A program made the position numbers and the translations under genes. From positions 192,001 through 256,000 of the forward strand of contig CAWETI010000002.1 in assembly GCA_963812015.1 (NCBI GenBank): a stretch of DNA of 64,000 bases, read 5' to 3'. This document shows positions 39,795 to 49,625 of the stretch, piece after piece. Below the pieces are notes generated by a model. The model worked only from the letters and a program-made list of their open reading frames with translations. It was not told the DNA's origin and did not search any database. Origin of the DNA: an uncultured delta proteobacterium (lineage in GTDB: Bacteria; Desulfobacterota; Desulfobaccia; Desulfobaccales; 0-14-0-80-60-11). How positions within the stretch are numbered: the first letter of the stretch is position 1; every line of letters starts with the position of its first letter.

Positions 39795-39872
39795 GGTTCA
39801 TAGTGCGCACCTTACATGGCGGGCAGTGCCCGCCCTACATTATTTGGGGGCGACCCGGCGGGTCGCCCTTAC
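39795..39872 (-). repeat. Cluster of GTAG/GTAA-type REP palindromes
   Basis: Minus strand GTAGGGCGGGCACTGCCCGCC, GTAAGGGCGACCCGCCGGGTCGCCC and a degenerate GTAAGGTGCGCAC unit. Confidence 0.7.
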
Positions 39873-39954
39873 TTATGGGATTGGGGGATGGGGTGCGGGG
39901 AAGGGGGAAAAGGCTCGCGCCCTTTGCCCCCTTCCCCGCAAAACCTTCCCTGAT

Positions 39955-40422
39955 TTATTCTTTCCCCGCGGCGGCTTTGGGTTGTTCGGCCAGCCAGGCG
40001 GCCCGTTCCTGGGGCTTGGCGGGGCTGGGGCCCAGTTTTAGGGTTCGCTCCACCATTTCCTTGGCGATGGCGGCGAATTGCGGCCCTTCCGAGGCGGACA
40101 GATTGAACATCTCCACCCGTGCCGGTTCAAGGTTCATCTGGCTGAAATCTTTTTTCACCTTGGTGACCCGCTTTTGGGCCCGGAGGTTGCCCGTGAGATA
40201 ATGGCACTCACCCTCCAGGCAGCCCGCCACAAAGGCCGCGTCCGCTCCGGCCTCAAAGGCCTTGAGCAGGTGGAGGATGTCCACCCGCCCGGAGCAGGGC
40301 ACCATGATGATCTTGATATCCGGGGGGTAATGCAGCCGCATCGAACCAGCCACGTCCGTTGCGTGGTAGGCACAGTAGCGGCAGGCAAAGCCGATGATAT
40401 TGGGAGACCATGCCGCGGTCAT
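39955..40422 (-). CDS. mvhD: MvhD/FlxD-type hydrogenase iron-sulfur (2Fe-2S) subunit
   Basis: FACRYCAY, VPCSGRVD and VAGCLEGECHYLTGN. Confidence 0.93.
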   Translation of the reverse strand: MTAAWSPNIIGFACRYCAYHATDVAGSMRLHYPPDIKIIMVPCSGRVDILHLLKAFEAGADAAFVAGCLEGECHYLTGNLRAQKRVTKVKKDFSQMNLEPARVEMFNLSASEGPQFAAIAKEMVERTLKLGPSPAKPQERAAWLAEQPKAAAGKE

Positions 40423-40436
40423 AACTCCTCCTTGGC

Positions 40437-40520
40437 TTATCCGGCCGCCAGGGCTGTTTCCTGGCCAATAACCTGGGGGTCAGCGAAGTTCTGCATGGGC
40501 CTTCGCAGGTCGGTTGCCAT
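40437..40520 (-). pseudogene. Probable 3' remnant of hdrA upstream of mvhD
   Basis: Reads ...MQNFADPQVIGQETALAAG*, like HdrA C-termini; an adjacent frame gives PAKA just before it. It ends 14 bp before the mvhD ATG. Confidence 0.45.
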
Positions 40521-40985
40521 TACCATACCTTACTAGAGGCAAAGTATTTAACAATTATCGTTGAGATAGAGGAAAACAGCCTCATAAAAAATCTAAGAGT
40601 TACAATCCAATAAGTCAAGCACGAAGGACAGTGCGCCCTGCGGCTGGCCGCGGGTTTGATTGGCGGCCGCCGCCTTGATTGGCGCTGGAAAATGCTTAAT
40701 TTTATTGCGGGTTAAAAACGGGGGCGCCTGGCGCCGCCCTCTGTAACAGTAGGGCGTGGCCCCGACTTGGTCGCGATTCGTAAATCATGAGTGGGTCTTA
40801 CAATATCCGGGATAGCGACGGTGGGGCTCATTTGGCAGGAGAGAAACCCGGCTTAAAGATATACTTAATGATAAAAACAAGATATGTAAGATATGAGAAC
40901 TACTTGCCTGCTAGTACGGTAGCAACCCGCCTTAAACAAGTCTACGCTGAGACTGGTAAACGGAAATGATGCTTCGGAGTGAGCC

Positions 40986-43900
40986 ATGACCATCAGAAGA
41001 TTATTTCAGATCATATTTGGTACGTTTTTCCTGGTCCTGACCGGGTTAGGGGTGTTGGCGGTTTTACTTTTTCTTAATGAGACGAATTTAGAAAAAAGTC
41101 AGCATACCCGCTATGAATCCTATGTGTTGGCCGACCTCTCGCGTCAGACTTCTGATGACTTGAGCCGTTTCGCCAGGACCTATGTGGTGACCGGTGACCC
41201 TAAATTTGAACAATATTATTGGGATGTCCTGGCAATTCGGGAGGGCGCCAAACCGCGGCCGGAGCACTATGAGCGGATGTACTGGGATTTTATGGCGGCA
41301 ACCGGTAAAGCGCCGCACCCGGCGGGGCAGAGCATCTCCCTCTACCAACTCTTGAAAAACGTGGGAATTACCCAGGAGGAATTCGCCAAACTGATCGAAG
41401 CGGAGGCCAATTCCAATGCCCTGGTGAGAACTGAAGAGATCGCCATGAATGCGGTGAAAGGCCGTTATGACGACGGCGAGGGCGGGTTCAGCAAACATGG
41501 CGAGCCCAATCGGGCCTGGGCCATTAACATCCTGCACGATGCGGCGTATCACCGGGAAAAGGCGAAAATCATGCAGCCCATCGATGATTTTTTCGCCATG
41601 CTGGATGCTAGAACTTTGCGTACTACCGAGAAATACCGGCGAGCCAGCAACCTCTATTTAGAGCTAATTATCGGCATGTTGGTCCTCTTATTCTTTCTGA
41701 CCCTGACTGCCTTTGTCATTATTTCCGCCAAGGTGAACTCAAGCTTTGCCGCGTTTAAGGCATTTTTCCAGCGTGCCGCCAAGGGAGCCGGTAGGATCGG
41801 GCCGGAACAGGTGAATTTCAACGAATTCCAGGAATTGGCGGCAGCCGCCAACCACATGGTGGAGGAGCGGCAACAGGCGGAAGCGGCGCTACGGGATAGC
41901 ACGGAGCGTCTGAATTTAGCCCTGGGGGCTACGGGCATCGGCATTTGGGAGAGGGACCTGAGCCAAAATGCCCTCACCTGGGATAAGGCCACGCAATCTA
42001 TCTTTGGATTCATCTCGGAGGATTTATCTGACTACCGGGAGATTTTTTTGGATTGCGTTCACCCGGATGATCTGGAACGGATGCGAGAGGCGACGAGACA
42101 AGCCATAGAAGGAGCAGGAGACTACAACACCGAATTTCGGGTGATCTGGCCGGATGCCAGTATGCACGTGGTGGCAACTCGCGCCGTGGTGTTGCGGGAT
42201 GAACTCGGTAACGCCACCCGGATGATCGGCGCTTGCTGGGATGTCACGGATAACCGGCAAAGGGAACAACTGGCGCATCTGGGCTCCGAGGTCGGCGATG
42301 CCTTGACCAGCCTCAAACCGATCCAGGCAAGGCTACAACTGTGCGCCGAAGCTTTGGTCCATCAACTCGATGCGGCTCTGGCCCGGATCTGGATAGTCAA
42401 TGAAGAGGCAGGCATGCTGGAGATGCAAGCCAGCGCCGGGATTCACACCCATACGGATGGCACCCGGAGCCGGATACCCCTGGGCAAGTTTAAAATCGGC
42501 CGCATCGCCCAAGAAGCTCAGCCTCGTTTTTCCAACCAGGTAGGCGCAGAGCCTGATGTGGACGACAAGGACTGGGTGAGGCAGCACGGCCTGGTCAGCT
42601 TTGTCGGTCATCCCCTGATTGTCGAGGGGCGGGTGGTCGGCGTCATGGCGTTCTTCTCCCGTATGAAACTCAATCCGGATACGGTGGACGCCCTCGCCGG
42701 CATTGCCAAGAGTGTCGCCGTGTCGGTCGATCGGGATCGGGCGGAACGAGAATTAGTTCTGGCCCGTGAAGCTGCGGAGGCTGCCACCCGGGCCAAGAGC
42801 GCTTTTCTGGCCAATATGAGCCACGAACTGCGCACCCCCATGAACGCCATCCTCGGCTACAGCGAAATGTTGATGGAGGAAGCTGAAGATCTGGAGCAGG
42901 AAGATTTCATCCCGGATCTACAAAAGATTCACACCGCCGGCAAACACCTCCTGGGCCTCATCAACGATATCCTCGACCTGTCCAAGATCGAAGCCGGCAA
43001 GATGGATCTCTTCCTGGAGTCGTTTGACCTGGCCGGGATGATCAATGACGTGGCCAGCACCCTCAAGCCGCTGGTGGAAAAGAATCACAACACGCTCCGG
43101 GTGGACAGCGCCGCGGGGCTCGGCGTCATGCACGCCGACCTGACCAAGGTGCGGCAATCCCTGTTTAACCTGCTCAGTAATGCCTGTAAATTCACCGAAA
43201 ACGGCACGATAAGCTTGGAAGTTGCGCCCGTGTCCCGAGACGGCGCCGACTGGATTGCCTTCCGCGTCAAAGATACGGGCATCGGCATGACCCCGGCCCA
43301 GGTGGATAAACTTTTCCAGCCGTTCGTGCAGGCTGACGCCTCAACCTCCCGTAAATACGGGGGAACCGGGCTGGGGATGACTATCACCCAACATTTCTGC
43401 AAGTTGATGGGCGGGGAGATCAGTATCGCCAGCGAGCCCGAGGTCGGCACCACCTTTACGATCCAGCTCCCCAGGCAGATCATGACCCAGCCTCCGGCCC
43501 CGGCTCCCCAGACCGAACCATCCGGACCCAAGTTCCCGGCGGGGGTCAACACCGTCCTGGTCATTGAGGATGATCCGGCCGCCCGGGACTTGCTGATCCG
43601 CTTTTTGGCCAAAGAGGGCTATCGGGTCGAGACCGCGGCCGGGGGGGAGGAAGGGCTCCGTCTGGCCAGGGAGCTCCATCCCGACGTCATCACCCTGGAT
43701 GTGATGATGCCGGGCATGGACGGCTGGGCGGTGCTGACCGCACTCAAGGCCGACCCTGATTTAGCCGATATCCCGGTGGTCATGCTGACCATCGTGGATA
43801 ATAAAAACTTGGGATACGCCCTGGGCGCGGCGGATTACCTGACCAAGCCCATCCAGCGCGACCGTCTGCTGGCCATGCTGGAAAAATATTGTCATACTGC

Positions 43901-44303
43901 CGAGAAAACCACGGTCCTGTTGGTTGAAGACGATGCCGGGACCCGGGAGATTATCCGGCGTCTGTTGGAGAAAACCGGGATTCAGGTGGTTGAGGCCGAA
44001 AATGGGCGGGTGGCCCTGGAACGCCTGACCGAGAGCCAACCGGGGTTGATTTTGCTGGACCTCATGATGCCGGAAATGGATGGGTTTCAATTTGTCGACC
44101 AGGTGCGCCAGCATGAAGCCTGGCAGGCCATTCCCATTGTGGTGGTCACCGCCAAGGATTTAACCCCGGAAGATCGCCGGCGACTGAATGGTTATGTCAC
44201 CGAAATCATCCGGAAGGATACCCGGGCCCAGGAGGAGTTGCTGGCCGAAGTGAGTAAAATGGTGAAGGCCCGCCTGCAGAAAGGCCTGGTGAGCCCAGGT
44301 TAA
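40986..44303 (+). CDS. Membrane hybrid histidine kinase: periplasmic sensor, PAS, GAF, HisKA, HATPase, REC, REC
   Basis: Two TMs, FLANMSHELRTPMN, YGGTGLG, LDVMMPGMDG and LDLMMPEMDG. Confidence 0.93.
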   Translation: MTIRRLFQIIFGTFFLVLTGLGVLAVLLFLNETNLEKSQHTRYESYVLADLSRQTSDDLSRFARTYVVTGDPKFEQYYWDVLAIREGAKPRPEHYERMYWDFMAATGKAPHPAGQSISLYQLLKNVGITQEEFAKLIEAEANSNALVRTEEIAMNAVKGRYDDGEGGFSKHGEPNRAWAINILHDAAYHREKAKIMQPIDDFFAMLDARTLRTTEKYRRASNLYLELIIGMLVLLFFLTLTAFVIISAKVNSSFAAFKAFFQRAAKGAGRIGPEQVNFNEFQELAAAANHMVEERQQAEAALRDSTERLNLALGATGIGIWERDLSQNALTWDKATQSIFGFISEDLSDYREIFLDCVHPDDLERMREATRQAIEGAGDYNTEFRVIWPDASMHVVATRAVVLRDELGNATRMIGACWDVTDNRQREQLAHLGSEVGDALTSLKPIQARLQLCAEALVHQLDAALARIWIVNEEAGMLEMQASAGIHTHTDGTRSRIPLGKFKIGRIAQEAQPRFSNQVGAEPDVDDKDWVRQHGLVSFVGHPLIVEGRVVGVMAFFSRMKLNPDTVDALAGIAKSVAVSVDRDRAERELVLAREAAEAATRAKSAFLANMSHELRTPMNAILGYSEMLMEEAEDLEQEDFIPDLQKIHTAGKHLLGLINDILDLSKIEAGKMDLFLESFDLAGMINDVASTLKPLVEKNHNTLRVDSAAGLGVMHADLTKVRQSLFNLLSNACKFTENGTISLEVAPVSRDGADWIAFRVKDTGIGMTPAQVDKLFQPFVQADASTSRKYGGTGLGMTITQHFCKLMGGEISIASEPEVGTTFTIQLPRQIMTQPPAPAPQTEPSGPKFPAGVNTVLVIEDDPAARDLLIRFLAKEGYRVETAAGGEEGLRLARELHPDVITLDVMMPGMDGWAVLTALKADPDLADIPVVMLTIVDNKNLGYALGAADYLTKPIQRDRLLAMLEKYCHTAEKTTVLLVEDDAGTREIIRRLLEKTGIQVVEAENGRVALERLTESQPGLILLDLMMPEMDGFQFVDQVRQHEAWQAIPIVVVTAKDLTPEDRRRLNGYVTEIIRKDTRAQEELLAEVSKMVKARLQKGLVSPG

Positions 44304-44339
44304 GCGTCATCATAACTTCATACAGAGGAGCCCAGACTG

Positions 44340-44705
44340 ATGTCCAAGATTCTTTTGGTGGAAGATAATGAAATGAATCGAGATATGTTATCCCGCCGCC
44401 TGCTCAAAAAAGGCTATGAACTGGTCATGGCCATGGACGGCGAGCAGGCGGTCGAGATGGCCGGTACAGAGGCCCCGGACCTGATCCTGATGGATATCAG
44501 CTTGCCGGGCCTGGACGGCTGGGAAGCGACCCGGCGTCTCAAGGCCATGCCGGAAACCCAGTCCATTCCCATTATCGCCCTCACGGCCCATGCCATGGCC
44601 GGGGACCGGGAAAAATGCCTGGCCGCGGGTTGTGACGACTATGATACCAAGCCGGTGGAGTTTAAGCGCCTCTTGGAAAAAATCCAGGGATTTTTAGACA
44701 AGTAG
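44340..44705 (+). CDS. Single-domain response regulator (DivK-like)
   Basis: ILLVEDN, ILMDISLP, ALTAHAM and TKP. Confidence 0.94.
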   Translation: MSKILLVEDNEMNRDMLSRRLLKKGYELVMAMDGEQAVEMAGTEAPDLILMDISLPGLDGWEATRRLKAMPETQSIPIIALTAHAMAGDREKCLAAGCDDYDTKPVEFKRLLEKIQGFLDK

Positions 44706-44720
44706 AAGCACAGGCTCATC

Positions 44721-46760
44721 ATGACCGCAACCGCATCTGAACTCGGCCAGGCCGGAACCGGAGGACCGACCCCAGACGGCCAACAGGCCCTGTGGTCGCA
44801 CCTGCGCCATGAATTGCGGACGCCCCTCAACGCCATCATCGGCTACAGCGAAATGCTCTTGGAAGACGCCGACGAGGCCGGTCTGACGGATTTGGCCTCC
44901 GACCTCGACCAGGTGCTCTCGGCCGGCCGCCAGCTCCTTTCCATCGTCAACGACCTCCTGGACGCCGATAAACTTGCCTCCGATGATGTCGCCTTCAACC
45001 TGGAATCGGTGGTTGCCAACCTGGACTACCAGGCGCGCGCCCCGTTAAACGGCGTCATCGGTTTCAGCGAAATCCTGTTGGAAAACGCTGCCGATCAGGG
45101 GCGGGAGGAAATTATCGCCGACCTTGGGAAGATTCACGACGCCGGGGAACTCTTCCTATCGCGCCTCAACAACATTATTGATTTTACCGGGATCGACGCC
45201 GGTCCCCAGGCGGTGGCCCCGTTGGTCTCGGACCGGTCGCCGCTGCTTCACAGCGTCATGACCAGCCTCCGGGAATTGGCTCAGGAGAGCGCCGCGGTTA
45301 CCGGCGGTGAGAGGGGCTCTCTCCTGGTAGTGGACGACAATGAGATCAACCGGGATTTGCTGTGTCGTTATCTGGGGCGGCAAGGCCATACGGTGCAAGC
45401 GGCCCCCGACGGTCTCAAGGCTTTGGAGATGATCGACACCGGGGCTTTCGACCTCGTGCTCCTGGATATCATGATGCCGGGGTTGAACGGGTACCAGGTG
45501 CTCCAGCATCTGAAGAATTCCGCCTGGCGGGACCTGCCGGTCATCATGATTTCCGCCCTGGACGAAATGGACAGCGTGGTCCGCTGCATTGAACTGGGGG
45601 CGGAAGACTATCTGGCCAAGCCTTTCAACCCGGTGCTGCTGCGGGCCCGGGTGGGAGCCTGCCTGGAAAAGAAGCGGCTCAGAGATCTGGAAAAAGAACA
45701 ACAGCGGCAATTGAACGAACTCAACGCCGCCCTGGAAGTGCGCAACCGTTTTATTCGCCGGACCTTCGGCCAGTACCTCTCCGATGAAATCGTCGAGACC
45801 ATCTTGGAGAAACCGGACGGCTTGAAAATAGGGGGGGAAAAGCGGCAGGCCACCATTATTATGGCCGATCTGCGCGGCTTCACCTCTTTAAGTGAGCGCT
45901 TGCCGGCCGAGGATGTGGTGGCCATGGTCAATATCTACCTGGAAACCATGACCGAGATTATCCTGAGGTACCAGGGCACCATCGAAGAATTCATCGGCGA
46001 CGGCATCCTGGTGGTTTTCGGGGCTCCCCTCCTGCGCCCGGATGACGCCCGACGGGCCGTGGCCTGCGCGGTGGAGATGCAACTGGCCATGACTGCCGTC
46101 AATGACCGGAACCGCCAGGCCGGGTACCCCGAGGTGGCTTTAGGAATCGGCATCAACACCGGCAGAATGGTGGTGGGTAATATCGGTTCGCAGAAGAGAA
46201 TGAAATATGGCGTGGTCGGCCGGAATGTCAACCTCACGGCCCGCATCGAGTCCTACACGGTGGGCGGCCAGATCTACATTTCAGCAGGCACCTTGCAGGA
46301 ATGCGGCGATATCTTGCGGATCGACAGCTCCATGCAGGTCATGCCCAAAGGGGTGAAAGAGCTGCTGACCATCTATGAAGTGGGAGGTATCGGCGGAGAT
46401 TATCAGCTCTTTTTGCCCGTCAAGGCAGAGGTGGCGTGGATCGAACTTACCCGGCAGCTACCCATCCGGTTTACCGTGTTGGCCGGGAAACATGTCGGAG
46501 AACTTAAGCATCACGGCGCCATCGTCAAAATTGCCCCCCAAATGGCCGAAATTACCGCGGAAATCTTGCCCTCCCGGCTGGCCAACCTGCGGCTGTCCCT
46601 GTATGACCCCGACGACCGCGCCATCACCGATGATCTTTATGCCAAAGTGGTAACCCACCTCTCCGAGGCGCCGCCGGTTTTTCACGTCAATTTCACTTCC
46701 ATCCCTCCCGAAGCCGCAACCTTTTTGGGGGAATTACCGGGCTCTCCCCTGACCGATTAA
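44721..46760 (+). CDS. HisKA-HisKA-REC-class III nucleotide cyclase (guanylyl-type residues)
   Basis: HELRTPLNAIIGYSE; second DHp copy YQARAPLNGVIGFSE; LLDIMMP; ADLRGFT, EEFIGDG and KYGVVGRNVNLTARIES. Confidence 0.9.
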   Translation: MTATASELGQAGTGGPTPDGQQALWSHLRHELRTPLNAIIGYSEMLLEDADEAGLTDLASDLDQVLSAGRQLLSIVNDLLDADKLASDDVAFNLESVVANLDYQARAPLNGVIGFSEILLENAADQGREEIIADLGKIHDAGELFLSRLNNIIDFTGIDAGPQAVAPLVSDRSPLLHSVMTSLRELAQESAAVTGGERGSLLVVDDNEINRDLLCRYLGRQGHTVQAAPDGLKALEMIDTGAFDLVLLDIMMPGLNGYQVLQHLKNSAWRDLPVIMISALDEMDSVVRCIELGAEDYLAKPFNPVLLRARVGACLEKKRLRDLEKEQQRQLNELNAALEVRNRFIRRTFGQYLSDEIVETILEKPDGLKIGGEKRQATIIMADLRGFTSLSERLPAEDVVAMVNIYLETMTEIILRYQGTIEEFIGDGILVVFGAPLLRPDDARRAVACAVEMQLAMTAVNDRNRQAGYPEVALGIGINTGRMVVGNIGSQKRMKYGVVGRNVNLTARIESYTVGGQIYISAGTLQECGDILRIDSSMQVMPKGVKELLTIYEVGGIGGDYQLFLPVKAEVAWIELTRQLPIRFTVLAGKHVGELKHHGAIVKIAPQMAEITAEILPSRLANLRLSLYDPDDRAITDDLYAKVVTHLSEAPPVFHVNFTSIPPEAATFLGELPGSPLTD

Positions 46761-46856
46761 CCAAACCTTCTCTGTAGGTGAGAGATGCCGGCGCACTAAG
46801 GGGTTTTAATTAATCTAATCATTGCCAGGTCTTATCTCGTCGCGCCGTGAGGCTGA

Positions 46857-47723
46857 TCAGCTTATCTCCGGCTTTTCGCTTCTGGCCGTGTAATAGCCGC
46901 TGGTTTCCTGCACCGTCACCGGCCCTTCGAACATGGCCGAGAGGTTAGGCGAGGTCAGCACCTGGGGTTTGTCCCCATCGAGCAAGACCCGCCCATGCTG
47001 GAGGAGGATGACCCGGTTGATTTCCGGGAAGATCTCCTCGATATGATGGGTGACCAGAATGATGGTCTTGCCGTTCCGGGCCAGGTTCTGGAGGGTGAGC
47101 AGAAATCGGTGGCGCACCATCAGGTCCAAGCCGGTGGTGGGTTCATCGAGCAACAGGGCCCGGGGGGCGGGTACCAGAGCCCGGGCGATCATAATCCGCC
47201 GCACCTCCCCGGTGGACATGGTCTCGATGAAGGTGTCCGCCAGATGAGACGCTTCCATCAGGGCCAAGGCCTGGCGCCCCTGCTCCCGCATCGCCGGGGT
47301 GAGGAGATGGTGCTGAAAAAGGCCGTAGGAAGCGAAGAAGCCCGACAACACCGCGTCCAGGCCCCGGGTCCGGCCCGGCAGCGTCCCGGTCAGGATGGAG
47401 TTCTGGAGGTCTGTTGAGACGATGCCCAACTGGGCCCGCAACTCAGAGACATTCCAAAGCTCTTGCCCCAGGATCGTCAGGGGCGGCGTTCCGTCCGGAT
47501 GGGCCAGGGGATAGTCCTGGCGGGCGATGAGCCGGATGAGGGACGATTTGCCGGCGCCGTTGGGGCCGAGGATGGCGGTGTGCTCGCCCTCCCGGATCGT
47601 CAGGCTGATGCGGTCCAGGACCCGGGTGCGGTTTTTGACCACCGAGGCGTCCTGAATTTTAAGCAGGGGCGCCCGGGGTCCGCCCCGGTCAGGGCAGCCC
47701 GGGGTGGTCGTTGGCGATGACAT
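46857..47723 (-). CDS. ABC ATP-binding protein (ModF-like), orphan
   Basis: GPNGAGKS, MSTGE, LLLDEP and VTHH. Confidence 0.88.
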   Translation of the reverse strand: MSSPTTTPGCPDRGGPRAPLLKIQDASVVKNRTRVLDRISLTIREGEHTAILGPNGAGKSSLIRLIARQDYPLAHPDGTPPLTILGQELWNVSELRAQLGIVSTDLQNSILTGTLPGRTRGLDAVLSGFFASYGLFQHHLLTPAMREQGRQALALMEASHLADTFIETMSTGEVRRIMIARALVPAPRALLLDEPTTGLDLMVRHRFLLTLQNLARNGKTIILVTHHIEEIFPEINRVILLQHGRVLLDGDKPQVLTSPNLSAMFEGPVTVQETSGYYTARSEKPEIS

Positions 47724-47749
47724 CTCTGAGTCTCAATGGGATAAATAAT

Positions 47750-47816
47750 TTGAGGGGAGCGCCGGGGAATTGGCAGACACCGGCATCTCGCCAGCCTTCC
47801 CCGGTCCTCCCCTCAA
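47750..47816. repeat. Hairpin related to the TGAGGG-terminated element
   Basis: TTGAGGGGAGCGCCGGGGAA...TTCCCCGGTCCTCCCCTCAA. Confidence 0.6.
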
Positions 47817-47820
47817 CAAT

Positions 47821-48213
47821 CTAGGCGTGCCACTCCTTTTTCACCGCGATGGCGTCGATCTCCACGGACACGTTCCGGGCCAGGCCCGCGGCCTGGATGG
47901 TGGTGCGGGCCGGCGGGTGTTGGGGGAAGAACTCGCCGTAGGCCCGGTTCATCTCCGGGAAATCGGCCATATCCGCCAGGTAGACCGTGGTTTTCACCAC
48001 ATCCTTCAACGTCAATCCCACCGCCGCCAAAATGGCCTTGAGGTTCGCTATCACCTGGACGGTTTGCACCACGATATCTCCTTCCACCAGATGGCCTCTG
48101 GCATCCATGGGGATTTGGCCGGAGACGAACACAAAGGGGCCGGCGGCCAGGGCCTGGGTATAGGGGCCGACTGGGATCGGGGCCTGATCGGTTTCAATGA
48201 CAATTTTTTTCAT
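47821..48213 (-). CDS. ridA: RidA/YjgF enamine deaminase
   Basis: APIPVGPYTQA, SGQIP, PPARTT and VEIDAIA; start at MKKIVIE. Confidence 0.93.
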   Translation of the reverse strand: MKKIVIETDQAPIPVGPYTQALAAGPFVFVSGQIPMDARGHLVEGDIVVQTVQVIANLKAILAAVGLTLKDVVKTTVYLADMADFPEMNRAYGEFFPQHPPARTTIQAAGLARNVSVEIDAIAVKKEWHA

Positions 48214-48338
48214 GGTCTTTTTTCCTCCCAACCTGATTTTATCGGTGCGATAATAAGTGAAGCAGCCGGGTAAATACAAAAGTCTTGATGAATCGGCAAC
48301 ATTTTGTTAATGGTATGGAAAAACCTTGGAGGTAAACA

Positions 48339-48629
48339 ATGGGGTTGTGGTTGAAATGCCCGGGGTGCCAAGCACAAAATCCTCTTCCCATGCGGGTTTG
48401 TCCCAATTGCGGGCAAGATCTGAGTAAGCTTTCCGCGGCACAGCGGGTCTATGTGATCGGGGCGGCGGCGGCTCCCCCGGCACCCTCTCCCGCCACTCCC
48501 CCGGCAAAAGCCCCGGCCACCCCTAAGTTGCCGGTGAGGGCTGGCGCCACCGAATCAACCCCGCCGTCCCCGGAGGCGGCCCCCAAGCCTGCCAAAAAGC
48601 CCAAAAGGACGAAGAAAAAGAAGAGTTAG
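48339..48629 (+). CDS. Small zinc-ribbon protein with Pro/Ala/Lys-rich tail
   Basis: CPGC...CPNC; GGAGG RBS; basic C-terminus KPAKKPKRTKKKKS. Confidence 0.7.
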   Translation: MGLWLKCPGCQAQNPLPMRVCPNCGQDLSKLSAAQRVYVIGAAAAPPAPSPATPPAKAPATPKLPVRAGATESTPPSPEAAPKPAKKPKRTKKKKS

Positions 48630-48641
48630 CCGCGTGAATCG

Positions 48642-49475
48642 CTAAGACACCGCCTGAATTACTCCCAGCACCAACTCCACCAGTTGGGGTTCGGCCCGGG
48701 CCACCGTGTCGATGATGGCCTCGATGGCGATGGGGGCCATGGCATCCGGTAGATTGAGATTACTGATCACCGAGATGCCCAGGACCCGGAGACCGGCATG
48801 AACCGCCGCGATGACCTCGGGCACCGTGGACATACCCACCGCGTCCGCCCCGATTTGGCGCAGAAACCGGGTTTCAGCGGGGGTTTCCAGGCTGGGACCC
48901 GTAACCGCCACGTACACCCCCTGGCGTAAGCCGATGCCCAGGCGGCGGGCCACGGCCTCGGTCATCTCCCGCAGGCCCCGGTCATAGACCTGGCTCAGGT
49001 CGGGGAAGCGGGGGCCCCAGGCATCGATATTATCCCCCACCAGGGGATTGTCCCCCATCAGGTTAAGATGGTCGCTGATGAGCATCAAGTCGCTGGCTTT
49101 GAAGAGAGGATTCAGGCCGCCGGCGGCATTGGTGACGATGAGGGTCTTGACGCCCAGGTTCGCCATCACCCGCACCGGAAAGGTCACCTGGCGCAGGGAA
49201 TAGCCTTCGTAGGCATGGAAGCGGCCCTGGCAGAGGATCACCGGCTGCCCGGCGAGGCGGCCCCAACCAAGGCGGCCGGCGTGGCTGGGGCTGGTGGCCG
49301 GAGGAAAATGGGGCAGGTCTTGGTAGGGGAGGTAATCTCCACCCTCCAGCCGGTCGGCCCAGTCCCCCTGGCCGGTCCCCAGGATAATCCCCCACTCCGG
49401 CGCCGCGCTCAGGCGCGGGGCGATGACTTGAACGCATTCTTCCACCTGCGCCTGGTAGGTCCGGCTCACGCCCAT
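48642..49475 (-). CDS. punA: Purine nucleoside phosphorylase (trimeric type)
   Basis: QGRFHAYEG, TNAAGGLN, GPSLETPAE and VGMSTVPE. Confidence 0.95.
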   Translation of the reverse strand: MGVSRTYQAQVEECVQVIAPRLSAAPEWGIILGTGQGDWADRLEGGDYLPYQDLPHFPPATSPSHAGRLGWGRLAGQPVILCQGRFHAYEGYSLRQVTFPVRVMANLGVKTLIVTNAAGGLNPLFKASDLMLISDHLNLMGDNPLVGDNIDAWGPRFPDLSQVYDRGLREMTEAVARRLGIGLRQGVYVAVTGPSLETPAETRFLRQIGADAVGMSTVPEVIAAVHAGLRVLGISVISNLNLPDAMAPIAIEAIIDTVARAEPQLVELVLGVIQAVS

Positions 49476-49625
49476 CTCCTTGTCAGTGTGCCAAAGTGTG
49501 CCCTAAGCATAAGCCGCGTTCCTTGGTTCGTCAATGGCCGGAATGTCCCGGAGGAGATTTTCGCTTTATCCTTGACAGTTTCCCCCATTACCTTAAAAAT
49601 ATAGCATCACGGTGAGGAAGAAAAT

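Noticed and set aside
38600..39800. Prophage or ICE at the XRE-ImmA islet
   Set aside because: No integrase, att-like direct repeats, or phage or conjugation genes nearby.
39955..40422. Selenocysteine recoding in mvhD
   Set aside because: All relevant positions are Cys codons, with no in-frame TGA.
40787..40969. 60-aa ORF upstream of the hybrid kinase
   Set aside because: No RBS or recognisable motif; the AT-rich sequence is more consistent with the kinase promoter region.
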